IMG/VR virus record: IMGVR_UViG_3300035520_000941
Source of the DNA: an uncultured virus (IMG/VR IMGVR_UViG_3300035520_000941)
Taxonomy: Duplodnaviria > Heunggongvirae > Uroviricota > Caudoviricetes
Length of the DNA stretch: 64,000 nt
Direction: 5' to 3' (one strand)
Numbering within the stretch: position 1 is the first letter of the stretch; every line of letters starts with the position of its first letter. The translations under genes were made by a program, and so were the position numbers. Under the pieces are notes generated by a model, which was given only the letters and a program-made list of their open reading frames with translations, was not told the origin of the DNA and searched no databases. Below, one piece after another: positions 1 to 9,187 of this stretch.

Positions 1-1
1 T

Positions 2-451
2 ATAGATTTTACAGAAAGTCATAGATGTAATGCAATAATTAAGAATTATAAACCATATAAAGTTGAATTTCCTATGTTAGAAAAACCATATATATATAAA
101 AGTGAAATGATAGATATGTTATCAAATGATAATATAGAAATACCAAGATTATACAAGTTAGGATTTTCACATAATAATTGTAAAGGATTTTGTTTTAAAG
201 CAGGAATAGGGCATTTTAAAAAACTATACGAAAAAGATAAAAATTTCTATCTTGAATGTGAAAATAGAGAACAAGTATTAATCAATAAAATTGGTAAAGA
301 AGTTGCAATATTAAAAAGGAAAGGTAAACCATTTACTTTAAAACAATTAAGAGAACTAATTGAAAATGAGCCTACACAACTATCTTTATTTGAATGCAAC
401 GATATAGGTGGTTGTGGTTGCTTTGTTGAGGAGGATAACGATGATGAATAA
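2..451 (+). CDS. PAPS-reductase-like (PP-loop) phage protein, C-terminal part, truncated by window start
   Basis: Frame open from position 2 (IDFTESHR...FPML); GFSHNNCKGFCFKAG and terminal GGCGCF motifs. Confidence 0.6.
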   Translation: MDFTESHRCNAIIKNYKPYKVEFPMLEKPYIYKSEMIDMLSNDNIEIPRLYKLGFSHNNCKGFCFKAGIGHFKKLYEKDKNFYLECENREQVLINKIGKEVAILKRKGKPFTLKQLRELIENEPTQLSLFECNDIGGCGCFVEEDNDDE

Positions 452-707
452 AAAAACATTAGAAATGCTTGAAAATGTTTTAAATAACACAAATGAACTT
501 AATAATAAAGTATATGAAATAATTAAGAAAAACAATGAATTAATACAACAATTAGAAGAATATCATGATATAAATGAGTTAAGCATAAGAGCAATAAATA
601 GAGAAATAGCACAATTAGAACAAAAAACTAATATAATAATAATTGTTACTACTGTATTTATTGTAACATTTTTTATAGGTGTAATTGCTTGTACAATTTT
701 TTCGTGA
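441..707 (+). CDS. Coiled-coil protein with C-terminal TM helix
   Basis: GAGGAGG RBS before ATG 441; hydrophobic C-terminus. Confidence 0.6.
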   Translation: MMNKKTLEMLENVLNNTNELNNKVYEIIKKNNELIQQLEEYHDINELSIRAINREIAQLEQKTNIIIIVTTVFIVTFFIGVIACTIFS

Positions 708-892
708 TAATAAAATGGAAAAATGATGAATGTTGCTAAAATAATTAAAATAACTCTATTTTTTGTTAATATGATTGTTATTATATTTCATCATATTTTT
801 GATGAATATGAATATTATTGGTTAATAAATGTTCTTACTTGGTTAATTGTTATTATAAACAGTATTATTATAAATCTGCTATAAAAGGAGTG

Positions 893-1050
893 ATGAAAAT
901 GAAAAACTATGAGGCTTTTTCAGAAGTGTTAAAAACAAATACCCATTTTTTTTGCGAAGATATTGACGATAACACAATTAAAAAATGTATCGTGGAGAAT
1001 TATACTCAATAAGAGAAATTTTAGAAAATTGTAATATAAAAGAAGAATGA
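893..1050 (+). pseudogene. Internally deleted paralog of 7015..7473
   Basis: N-term MKNYEAF resembles MRNFEKY; out-of-frame tail YSIREILENCNIKEE* matches YSIKEILENCKIVD*. Confidence 0.55.
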
Positions 1051-1063
1051 AAGGTAGTTACAA

Positions 1064-1525
1064 ATGATGAATAAATATGTTAATACAGATAACGTTGAAT
1101 TAGAAAAAAGAGAAATTCCAAAAGAAAAATTTGTGCCTAAAATTAAAGATGATTTTTATATTGTTAATTATAATGGAGAAATATATATTGATTGCATTGT
1201 TGATGAAGAAACACTTAAATTTATATTAAAGCATAATTTAGTTTTCAAAAATATAGAGCATGCAGAAGATTATAAGTGGTTTTTAGAGCAACTATATAAA
1301 TACACTTATGATTTTTCTAAAGAGGATTGGAACATAGACAGTGAAATTGCTAAATATTATATTTATTATAATCATTTTGCCCATGAATTAAGAATAGCAC
1401 CAGAATTTACTTTGCATGAAACCATAAATTATTTTAAAAGCAGAAAATGTGTGGAAACATTTATTGATATAGTCGGTGAAGAACGCATTAAGAAATACAT
1501 ACTCAATATTTGGTGGGAGGATTAA
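1064..1525 (+). CDS. Hypothetical phage protein
   Basis: 153-aa ORF with RBS in co-directional run. Confidence 0.7.
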   Translation: MMNKYVNTDNVELEKREIPKEKFVPKIKDDFYIVNYNGEIYIDCIVDEETLKFILKHNLVFKNIEHAEDYKWFLEQLYKYTYDFSKEDWNIDSEIAKYYIYYNHFAHELRIAPEFTLHETINYFKSRKCVETFIDIVGEERIKKYILNIWWED

Positions 1526-1528
1526 ATT

Positions 1529-1984
1529 ATGAAATTAAAAGATTGTATAGAAAATGATTTAGGGGAAATTGAAGTAAATGATGAAACGGGCAAAGCAATA
1601 AACCATCTTTTAAATATTGTATGTCACGTCAATAAAAACTTTTATAAAATTATTAAACTTGAAGATTTAGAATACAATTATGAAATTTATGAAGAAAATT
1701 ATAGATTATATAACACTGATTATATTGATGATTTTTTAGATGTTTATAATGACAGTGTTTGTTCGTTTAGTGATTATAAAAGTGCTATAGAATATTGCAA
1801 AAGAAAGAATAAAAAAGTATTTATATTTTTGCCAAGCAACAAAAGAGATATAGTTAAAAAGGGTGAAGAAATAGCAAAACATGGCAATGGCGTAGTGGAA
1901 CGATTAAGAGTAGACAATCTTAGCAAAGAGAGATTAATTGAAGTATTCAATGAATTGAAAAATACTTTTTATGAAATATTGTAA
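1529..1984 (+). CDS. Hypothetical phage protein
   Basis: 151-aa ORF, GGGAGG RBS. Confidence 0.7.
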   Translation: MKLKDCIENDLGEIEVNDETGKAINHLLNIVCHVNKNFYKIIKLEDLEYNYEIYEENYRLYNTDYIDDFLDVYNDSVCSFSDYKSAIEYCKRKNKKVFIFLPSNKRDIVKKGEEIAKHGNGVVERLRVDNLSKERLIEVFNELKNTFYEIL

Positions 1985-2008
1985 AACATTTAATAAGGAG
2001 AAAAACAA

Positions 2009-2437
2009 ATGAAAATTAAAATTAAATATCATGATAATGAATTAGTTAGATTAGAAAAAATAAATATTGGAGATATGATTGATTTAAGAGCAAGTGAAAC
2101 AGTTGAAATGAAAAAAGGTGATTATGCCTTAATTAGTTTAGGAGTATCAATGGAATTACCAAAAGGATATGAGGCTCATGTGTATCCACGTTCAAGCACA
2201 TTCAAAAATTTTGGAATAATTCAAACAAATTCTGTAGGAGTTATTGATAATTCTTATAATGGAGATAACGATATTTGGAGATATCCTTGTATTGCTATGA
2301 GAGATACAGTTATTCACAAGAATGATAGAATTTGCCAATTTAGAATTGTGAAAAATCAAGAACAAGTAGAATTTGAAGAAGTTGAAGTTTTGGGAAATGA
2401 AGATAGAAACGGGATAGGCTCAACTGGAACAAAATAA
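2009..2437 (+). CDS. dut: Trimeric dUTPase
   Basis: Motifs [30 protein letters not shown]. Confidence 0.95.
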   Translation: MKIKIKYHDNELVRLEKINIGDMIDLRASETVEMKKGDYALISLGVSMELPKGYEAHVYPRSSTFKNFGIIQTNSVGVIDNSYNGDNDIWRYPCIAMRDTVIHKNDRICQFRIVKNQEQVEFEEVEVLGNEDRNGIGSTGTK

Positions 2438-2481
2438 AACAAAATAAACAATACAATATTATAGGGAGGTGGCTTGATAAA

Positions 2482-3306
2482 ATGCTAGAATTAATTAGTT
2501 ATGGCTCATCATCAAAAGGAAATTGCCACATATTGTATAATGGTTTTGACAGTTTAATGCTTGATTGTGGTGTGAACATGAAAAAATATAATTATGACGT
2601 TCAAAAATATAATATAAAAGGATTGTTGATATCACATTGTCATTCCGACCATTGTAAAGGATTAAAAAACAAAACATATCTAGGCAATCAAAATGTATAT
2701 GCTAATAAAGAAACACTTGATTTTCTAGGCAATAGCATAATGGAGTATCAAAAAAAAGAGATTAAAGAACTCAAATTATATAAAATAAGCGATAATTGGA
2801 GTATTATTCCAATAAGACTATTACATGATGTTGAAAATTATGGGTTTATTATAAAAGACAATATAAGTGGTATGAAAATTGCTTATTTAACAGATTTAGG
2901 ATTTAGTGAGAATTTAAAAATTAGTGGTATCAATATTTGGATTATTGAATGCAATCACATAAGGAGTGAAGTCGAAAAATCACTAGAGAAATGTTTAGAA
3001 GAAGATGATAGCAAAGTTGCCTATTATAAACGTGTACTAGGCAACAAAGGTCATCTTTCTTTAGAGGATAGTTGCAGATTGATAAATAACAATTATAACT
3101 TAGGATTGAAAGATGTCATATTATGTCATATAAGCAACGCAGAGAAAGATTATAAAAGATATGAAGAATTATACATAAATGATTTAAAAAGCCTTGAAAT
3201 GCCCTTAAATGGTGTTAAAATACATAGTATAAACAATAAAATAGTAAATTTTGAAGAATACATGATTATTGAAAAAAATAAATGGGAAGATGTTATTCTT
3301 GAATAA
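2482..3306 (+). CDS. Metallo-beta-lactamase-fold hydrolase (YycJ/PhnP-like nuclease)
   Basis: GSSSKGN, LDCG, SHCHSDH, HDV, TDLG, IECNH, GHLS, LCHIS motifs. Confidence 0.9.
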   Translation: MLELISYGSSSKGNCHILYNGFDSLMLDCGVNMKKYNYDVQKYNIKGLLISHCHSDHCKGLKNKTYLGNQNVYANKETLDFLGNSIMEYQKKEIKELKLYKISDNWSIIPIRLLHDVENYGFIIKDNISGMKIAYLTDLGFSENLKISGINIWIIECNHIRSEVEKSLEKCLEEDDSKVAYYKRVLGNKGHLSLEDSCRLINNNYNLGLKDVILCHISNAEKDYKRYEELYINDLKSLEMPLNGVKIHSINNKIVNFEEYMIIEKNKWEDVILE

Positions 3307-3327
3307 CGAAAGGAAGTTGAAATAATT

Positions 3328-3633
3328 GTGATTAAATTGATTGATTTTTTAAAAGTTTATAATTTTAGATATTACAATAAAAATTTAGAACCCAATAATG
3401 ATGATATATATAATTGCAAGAGTGTTAGATTATATTATGATGAAAATATTAAAAACAATTGGATTGAAATAGGTATTAATGATTGGATAGGATATCAAGG
3501 TAAAATTAGCATTCTAAAAAACACGATTAAAGAACAAATATTAAATATGTATGTATATAGTTTTTCATACAATGATGATATTTATAGTTTAGAAATATAT
3601 TTAACAGCCAATAAGGATTTTTGCTTTGATTAA
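3328..3633 (+). CDS. Hypothetical phage protein
   Basis: 101-aa ORF with RBS. Confidence 0.65.
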   Translation: MIKLIDFLKVYNFRYYNKNLEPNNDDIYNCKSVRLYYDENIKNNWIEIGINDWIGYQGKISILKNTIKEQILNMYVYSFSYNDDIYSLEIYLTANKDFCFD

Positions 3634-3937
3634 AGTTGAATATACTCTCAATTATGATTATTTAAGTGTAAAAGGACACGCTAATTTTGATATATACGGA
3701 AAAGATTTAATTTGTGCAGGTGTATCGTGTATAACTATTGGATTATGCAATCATTTGTTATTAACGGGTGAAAATAAAGATAATATCAAAATGGAAAACG
3801 GATTTATAGAAATAGACTTAAGAGAAAGACATACAAATAATGTGTTTATTGAAATGGCAATAACGCAATTAAAAACAATTGAAAGTAATTATTCACAATA
3901 TATTAATATTAATGTTGTTGACAATTTAAAGGTATGA
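3626..3937 (+). CDS. prp: Prp-family ribosomal-processing cysteine protease
   Basis: VKGHANF...GKDLICAGVS catalytic His/Cys motif; ~100 aa. Confidence 0.9.
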   Translation: MIKVEYTLNYDYLSVKGHANFDIYGKDLICAGVSCITIGLCNHLLLTGENKDNIKMENGFIEIDLRERHTNNVFIEMAITQLKTIESNYSQYININVVDNLKV

Positions 3938-3950
3938 AAGGGGAATAAAA

Positions 3951-4253
3951 ATGACATTTTATGAATTAATTCAAAATATTTTTAACTTAGAGAATACTTG
4001 GTACGGACTAAGAGTTATATTATGCTTGCTTGGGATTGTTTTTACATTATATATCATTGTTTACATAATTATTGAAATAATGGTATTAATTGAGCAAAGA
4101 AGAGTGTCAATAAAGTTAAGCAAAAGCCTTGAAAACTTGACAAATGATGAAAATTTTATAGAATTGCTTAGAAAAAATAAATCTATATCAGTTGATTTTG
4201 ATGAGGAATTTAAGCCACACATTGAAAAGGATAACGAAAATGAGCGATATTAA
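3951..4253 (+). CDS. Small membrane protein
   Basis: One long hydrophobic segment. Confidence 0.6.
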   Translation: MTFYELIQNIFNLENTWYGLRVILCLLGIVFTLYIIVYIIIEIMVLIEQRRVSIKLSKSLENLTNDENFIELLRKNKSISVDFDEEFKPHIEKDNENERY

Positions 4254-4902
4254 AGATTTTGAAATAGATGACACTTTGAATGATATAGATGTAGAAACTT
4301 TGCTAGATGATATTGAAAAAGTAGAAGTTGAAGAAGAAGATAAGATAGAATACAAAGAATTGGAACATAAAGTCGGTGGACATACGATAAGTGAAAAAAT
4401 CGACCAAAGTATAGATAGAAGTTTATACAAGAAAAATCAAAATGGACTATCTAAAGCACAATTAATAGCAATAGAAATGACTTGCAAAGGGTTTTCGATA
4501 AACAAAATTTCAAAAGAAATTCACGTATCTAGACAAACGATATATAATTGGCAAAACACACAAGAATATCAAAGAATGCTTGAAAAAGTGCAAAAAGAGT
4601 ATTTATCAGCATATAAACAAGCACTTATGAGCGAAATTCCTAAAGCCGTTAAAACGCTTGCTAATATTATGAATGATGATTTAGCAAGTTACAAAGACAA
4701 AATAAACGCAAGCAGGAGCATACTTGAATTTTCTAACATCAAACAAGGTGGTATTAGGGAAAGCAAAGATGATAAAGAAAACTTTGATACTGTAACAATG
4801 ATACAAGTGAACATGATACAACAACAATCAAACGATAACCAATTGAAAAAATCAAATGACATATTAGAAAATGTTGATTATGATGATATTATAGATAATT
4901 AA
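4240..4902 (+). CDS. HTH protein, terminase-small-subunit-like
   Basis: ATG 4240 with AAAAGGA RBS; HTH SINKISKEIHVSRQTIYNW followed by AVKTL...KINASRSIL helices. Confidence 0.55.
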   Translation: MSDIKDFEIDDTLNDIDVETLLDDIEKVEVEEEDKIEYKELEHKVGGHTISEKIDQSIDRSLYKKNQNGLSKAQLIAIEMTCKGFSINKISKEIHVSRQTIYNWQNTQEYQRMLEKVQKEYLSAYKQALMSEIPKAVKTLANIMNDDLASYKDKINASRSILEFSNIKQGGIRESKDDKENFDTVTMIQVNMIQQQSNDNQLKKSNDILENVDYDDIIDN

Positions 4903-4968
4903 AACAAAAGAAAATTAATTATACCAATAAAAATTGAAAATTCATAAAAACAATGTTATAATTCAATT

Positions 4969-5041
4969 GGACAAGTATTGCAATAGCCAATTATCTTTAT
5001 GGTTTTTTTGGCAGACCGAATAATTTTATTTGGTCTTTTTT
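4969..5041 (+). ncRNA. Candidate ~73-nt sRNA
   Basis: TTGAAA-17-TATAAT (4934-4962) with extended TG; terminator 5013-5041; no ORF. Confidence 0.5.
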
Positions 5042-5062
5042 ATTGTCGTAACAAATTAATTA

Positions 5063-5091
5063 TTGATTTTATAACAATAAAATGTTAAAAT
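5063..5091 (+). promoter_or_regulatory. SigA-type promoter for Y-RNA-like elements and Ro60
   Basis: TTGATT-17-TAAAAT with extended TG. Confidence 0.7.
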
Positions 5092-5103
5092 GATATTGTA
5101 AAT

Positions 5104-5197
5104 TAAATAGCGAATGTAATAGTTACTTCAAGTACAAGTAAAAACAGATAACAAACAACATTCTATAAAACAAAACTATTACAGCCAATTCTATTTA
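5104..5197 (+). ncRNA. Y-RNA-like element 1
   Basis: TAAATAG/CTATTTA and TGTAATAGTT/AACTATTACA helices around CGAA//GCCAATT internal loop, TACTTCA motif; upstream of Ro60. Confidence 0.75.
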
Positions 5198-5218
5198 TTA
5201 CATATATATAATAAAATC

Positions 5219-5362
5219 TATAGCGTAGTTAAATGATACTTCATAGATGAATAAGACAAATACTATTATTTTAAATTGAAATTAAAAAATACTCGCTAAA
5301 TTTTCAATGTAATATATATACGCAATTACATACAAAAAAAGTCATTTAACGACAATTCTATA
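5219..5362 (+). ncRNA. Y-RNA-like element 2
   Basis: TATAG/CTATA and GTTAAATGA/TCATTTAAC helices around CGTA//GACAATT loop, TACTTCA motif; covaries with element 1. Confidence 0.75.
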
Positions 5363-5372
5363 AGTTTTATTG

Positions 5373-5408
5373 AAAATGGTGTGATAAATAGTCACACTAT
5401 TTTATTTT
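5373..5408 (+). terminator. Intrinsic terminator-like hairpin between Y-RNA-like elements and Ro60
   Basis: AAAATGGTGTGA/TCACACTATTTT stem followed by U-rich tail. Confidence 0.55.
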
Positions 5409-5438
5409 ACCTAAAAATAGCAAAAAAGGAGAACAAAA

Positions 5439-6890
5439 ATGGCAAAGTTAAATGGAAAACAACAGAGTAATAAGGTCGTTAATGAAAGTGGTGGATATGC
5501 CTATAAGCAAAGTGATAAAATGTTGCTTGTAAGCCAAGTTTTATGCTCATTCTACAATGAGAAGAAATTCTATAAGGATAATTCACAAGAGATTGTCGAA
5601 AACGCAAAGAAACTTATTCAATCTGGAGATGATAACGCACGTTTTGTAGCAAAACTATGCGTATATGCTAGAAAAGAGTTTAATATGCGTACAATTTCAC
5701 AAGTTTTAGCCGTCATCTTGGCAAACGAAAAAAATGGTATCCCATATGCCAAAAATACAATCTCTAGCATATGTTTAAGAGTTGATGATATCATTAATAT
5801 TGTGGCTTTTCAATTGAATGAATATGGACACACAATACCTAATCAAATGAAAAAAGGATTATCAATTGCCTTTAATAATTTTAATGAGTATCAATTTGCT
5901 AAATATAATAGAAAAGGGCAAGTGAAGTTGAAAGATACATTAAGACTTGTACACCCAATCCCAAAAGATGAAGAACAAAGTATATTGTTTAAAAAGATTT
6001 TAAAAGATGATTTAAAAACCCCTTACACATGGGAAGTTGAATTATCTACAAAAGGAAACACTAAAGAAGTTTGGGAAGAATTGATAGCAAGCAAAAAAGT
6101 AGGCTATATGGCTATTTTACGCAATTTAAGAAACATTTTGAAAAATGGTGTAAATAATATAGATGATGTTTATAACTTCTTAGAAAACGAAAATGCGATT
6201 AAAAACAGTAAATTATTACCTTTTAGATATTATACAGCATATAAAGAAGTGGAAAATCTAAATTATGCAACGAACAGAACATTTGAAGTGCTAGAAAACG
6301 CTATGCAAAAATCTTTGAATAACATCGAAAAAATAAATGGATTGTCTTTTGTTTGTGGTGATGTTAGTGGCTCAATGATTTACCCAATAAGTGAAAAATC
6401 AAAGATAAAATGTATTGATATTTCTAATTTGATGGTCGCTATGGCTAATCATATTTGTGAAGACTCAATAACTGGTGTGTTTTCAGAAAGATTTAAAAAA
6501 ATCACAATGAGCAATAAAAAAAGCGTTTTATCAAATGCAAAAAATATACGTTGGAAATGGGGCGGAACTAATATAAATTCAACAATTGAATATTTATTGG
6601 ATAATAATATATACGTTGATAGAATTATCATTTTTAGCGATAATGAGGCTAATAAACAATTCTCATATAAAAGAACGCAAGATTTATTCAATGAATATAA
6701 AAGAAAGATAAATCCTAATTGTTGGGTGCATTCTATAGACTTGCTAGGATATGGAACTGTTCAATTTGATGAAAATGATAAAAACGTTAATTTAATAGCA
6801 GGCTGGAGCGAAAAATTGTTGCAATTTATTCCATTGATTGAACGTGGAGCAAATGGGATTATTCAAGAAATTGAACAATATGAGTATTAA
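5439..6890 (+). CDS. Ro60/Rsr-like TROVE-domain RNA-binding protein with C-terminal vWA domain
   Basis: VNESGGYAY, YARKEFNMR, EYQFAKY, LRLVHP, TWEVELS, GYMAILRNLRNI, LPFRY, MIDAS DVSGSM, GGT, IIIFSDNE, AGWSE. Confidence 0.95.
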   Translation: MAKLNGKQQSNKVVNESGGYAYKQSDKMLLVSQVLCSFYNEKKFYKDNSQEIVENAKKLIQSGDDNARFVAKLCVYARKEFNMRTISQVLAVILANEKNGIPYAKNTISSICLRVDDIINIVAFQLNEYGHTIPNQMKKGLSIAFNNFNEYQFAKYNRKGQVKLKDTLRLVHPIPKDEEQSILFKKILKDDLKTPYTWEVELSTKGNTKEVWEELIASKKVGYMAILRNLRNILKNGVNNIDDVYNFLENENAIKNSKLLPFRYYTAYKEVENLNYATNRTFEVLENAMQKSLNNIEKINGLSFVCGDVSGSMIYPISEKSKIKCIDISNLMVAMANHICEDSITGVFSERFKKITMSNKKSVLSNAKNIRWKWGGTNINSTIEYLLDNNIYVDRIIIFSDNEANKQFSYKRTQDLFNEYKRKINPNCWVHSIDLLGYGTVQFDENDKNVNLIAGWSEKLLQFIPLIERGANGIIQEIEQYEY

Positions 6891-6948
6891 TGGAGTGAAA
6901 ATTATTCACTCTTTTTTTATTTTATTGCAATTAAATGTTATAAAGTTG

Positions 6949-6977
6949 TTGACAAATAAAAGAATATAGTGTATTAT
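6949..6977 (+). promoter_or_regulatory. Strong SigA-type early promoter
   Basis: TTGACA-17-TATTAT just after the Ro60 terminator (6892-6920). Confidence 0.8.
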
Positions 6978-7014
6978 ATAGTAAAGGATAGATAAAGAAA
7001 AGGAGATAGAAAAA

Positions 7015-7473
7015 ATGAGAAACTTTGAAAAATACGAAAGTGCAGTAAAAGATTACGGATTTTATTTTGGCTTAGACAAAAACACAAGAGAATTATTTGA
7101 ATGTTGCACAAAAGATGATTGCGAAAAATGTTCATTCATGAACCATAATTGCCATATTAAAAAAATGGAATGGCTTTATGAAGAGTATAAAGAGAAAGAA
7201 CCTATTCGATTAAGTACAATTGAATATCAATTACTAGAGTTTGCTTTACAGAATAATTATAAATACATGGTAAGAAATAAAAATATCGAAGGGGCTTTTC
7301 TTTATAAAGTAAAACCTGTAAAAGAGGGGAAATTTTGGGACTCAGGTTCTCCAGAATATAATTATTATGATTTTAGCGATTTGCTTAGTGATTTATTCCC
7401 GTTTGTAAAACGTGAAGACACCGAACCTTACAGTATTAAAGAAATTTTAGAAAATTGTAAAATAGTAGATTAA
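7015..7473 (+). CDS. Hypothetical phage protein (Cys cluster; paralog family)
   Basis: AAAGGAGA RBS; C-x4-C-x2-C-x5-C. Confidence 0.75.
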   Translation: MRNFEKYESAVKDYGFYFGLDKNTRELFECCTKDDCEKCSFMNHNCHIKKMEWLYEEYKEKEPIRLSTIEYQLLEFALQNNYKYMVRNKNIEGAFLYKVKPVKEGKFWDSGSPEYNYYDFSDLLSDLFPFVKREDTEPYSIKEILENCKIVD

Positions 7474-7597
7474 TTTGAAATTATAATTAAAGAAACTTAT
7501 ATGTTATGTGAAGTTTATTATAAACCAACTTCTTATGATTATGTTGATGAAATATTTTGTTATTCTAACGAAAATAAAGAATGGGGGGTAGATTAAT

Positions 7598-8035
7598 ATG
7601 GAATTTCAAAAAGTTAATTTAAATCCAAAATTAAGAAGAAGTGCCGATTGTGTCATAAGAGCGTTGGCATATGCAGACGGTAAAGATTGGAATATTGTCT
7701 ATAAGGAACTATGTGAAATAGGTTTTAAATATAAAATAATGCCAGATGAAAAGTCTTGTTTTGAAAGGTATTTAAAAAAGCATGGATTTGTAAAACATAA
7801 AATGCCTAAGCATTATGACGGCACTAGATATACAGTAGAACAATTTTTAGATGATGCGTGGGATTATTGTGGCTTTGAAGATGAAACCCATGCTGTAAAA
7901 ATGGTTATAAGTGTTGCTCAGCATTTAACAAGTGCTGACGTTGATTGTGACTACTCAACATTATTTGACACTTGGGATTGTTCTTATAAATATGTAGGTA
8001 ATTTCTGGACTAAGGAGTATGATATATATGATTAA
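7598..8035 (+). CDS. Hypothetical protein with possible peptidase-C39-like Cys/His/Asp triad
   Basis: DCVIRAL...HLT...DTWD motifs. Confidence 0.55.
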   Translation: MEFQKVNLNPKLRRSADCVIRALAYADGKDWNIVYKELCEIGFKYKIMPDEKSCFERYLKKHGFVKHKMPKHYDGTRYTVEQFLDDAWDYCGFEDETHAVKMVISVAQHLTSADVDCDYSTLFDTWDCSYKYVGNFWTKEYDIYD

Positions 8036-8237
8036 CAGAGATATGATGAACGAAATAATGAGATGTGGTGATATTCTTATGGTGTGTGAAAAAGGCTCAT
8101 ACACCAATAGGATAATATCATATGACAACAAAATATGTTTAATCACAATGGAACGTGGATTGTTTATCCATTATACAGAGGATAAAGAAGAAATGAAAAA
8201 GATTGTGATAGGGAATGAAATTAAATACATTAAATAA
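8019..8237 (+). CDS. Hypothetical protein
   Basis: Short ORF in operon. Confidence 0.55.
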   Translation: MIYMINRDMMNEIMRCGDILMVCEKGSYTNRIISYDNKICLITMERGLFIHYTEDKEEMKKIVIGNEIKYIK

Positions 8238-8249
8238 GGTGGTGAATAT

Positions 8250-8465
8250 ATGGATTATTCAAAAATAAGGATTATTGATTTTCTTGAACTTTATAAGGAT
8301 ATCAACGAAAAAGATAAAATTGCACTATACGTATTTTATGATGAAGAAAATAGTATTAAATGCAATTTAGAGAACTTTAGAATAAAATTAAAAGGAATGG
8401 AATACAAATATTGTTCAACCATTAAATTGAATAAAAATAAAATTATTATTAATATTGAATATTAA
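8250..8465 (+). CDS. Hypothetical protein
   Basis: RBS + ORF in operon. Confidence 0.6.
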   Translation: MDYSKIRIIDFLELYKDINEKDKIALYVFYDEENSIKCNLENFRIKLKGMEYKYCSTIKLNKNKIIINIEY

Positions 8466-8479
8466 GGAGGAAAATATAA

Positions 8480-8881
8480 ATGAATAGAAAAACAAATGAA
8501 AATAAAAACGCTTTTATGGTGAAATACCAAGATAAAGAATATTATGTAATTGCTAAAGACAAGAATGAAGTCTATAGTAAAATGGGATATATCTTAGATA
8601 CCCCAATTAGACAATTGTACGGGGTAATTTCCGTTAGCAAAGTAGATAGATTTGAAAGAACCTATATTGTCATGAATAGAAAGAAAGAAGAACTATTCAA
8701 AGGTAAAATTGATGAGGTAATGCGTGAGTTTAATATAAGCAAACGTAACACATATAAAATCTTACAATGCACTAGAAACGAAAACGACTTCTTCTATAAG
8801 AAAAGAAATGGTGGCATTGTTATCTTTGCTGAAAGAGAAAAAGATTTAATTATGAGTAAACATCAATTTGATGTTGAATAG
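8480..8881 (+). CDS. Hypothetical protein
   Basis: AAGGAGG RBS + 133-aa ORF. Confidence 0.7.
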   Translation: MNRKTNENKNAFMVKYQDKEYYVIAKDKNEVYSKMGYILDTPIRQLYGVISVSKVDRFERTYIVMNRKKEELFKGKIDEVMREFNISKRNTYKILQCTRNENDFFYKKRNGGIVIFAEREKDLIMSKHQFDVE

Positions 8882-8919
8882 AAGTTAAAAGCAAAAAAAT
8901 AGAAAGGTGATGATTAAAA

Positions 8920-9135
8920 ATGAATTTACAAGAAAAAATAAATGAAATTATTGATAGTAATTACGAAGATAAAGAAATGATGGTAGAAATAATCTACTTT
9001 GATATCGTAGTAATTAGGTGCTATACAAATGAATTAAAAGTCATTAAAGATAGTATTTCATATGAACTTTCACTAGAAAAAGTTAGGGGATATGAAGAAG
9101 ATAAAAATGTAGGACTAATAGAAATAAGATTATAA
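8920..9135 (+). CDS. Hypothetical protein
   Basis: RBS + ORF, last gene before terminator. Confidence 0.6.
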   Translation: MNLQEKINEIIDSNYEDKEMMVEIIYFDIVVIRCYTNELKVIKDSISYELSLEKVRGYEEDKNVGLIEIRL

Positions 9136-9172
9136 AAAAAGAAATAGGCTAAAATTAATCAGCCTATTTTTT
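9135..9172. terminator. Bidirectional terminator where early and late blocks converge
   Basis: AAATAGGCT/AGCCTATTT stem flanked by A- and T-runs. Confidence 0.8.
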
Positions 9173-9187
9173 AATTCTTAAAGTTTA

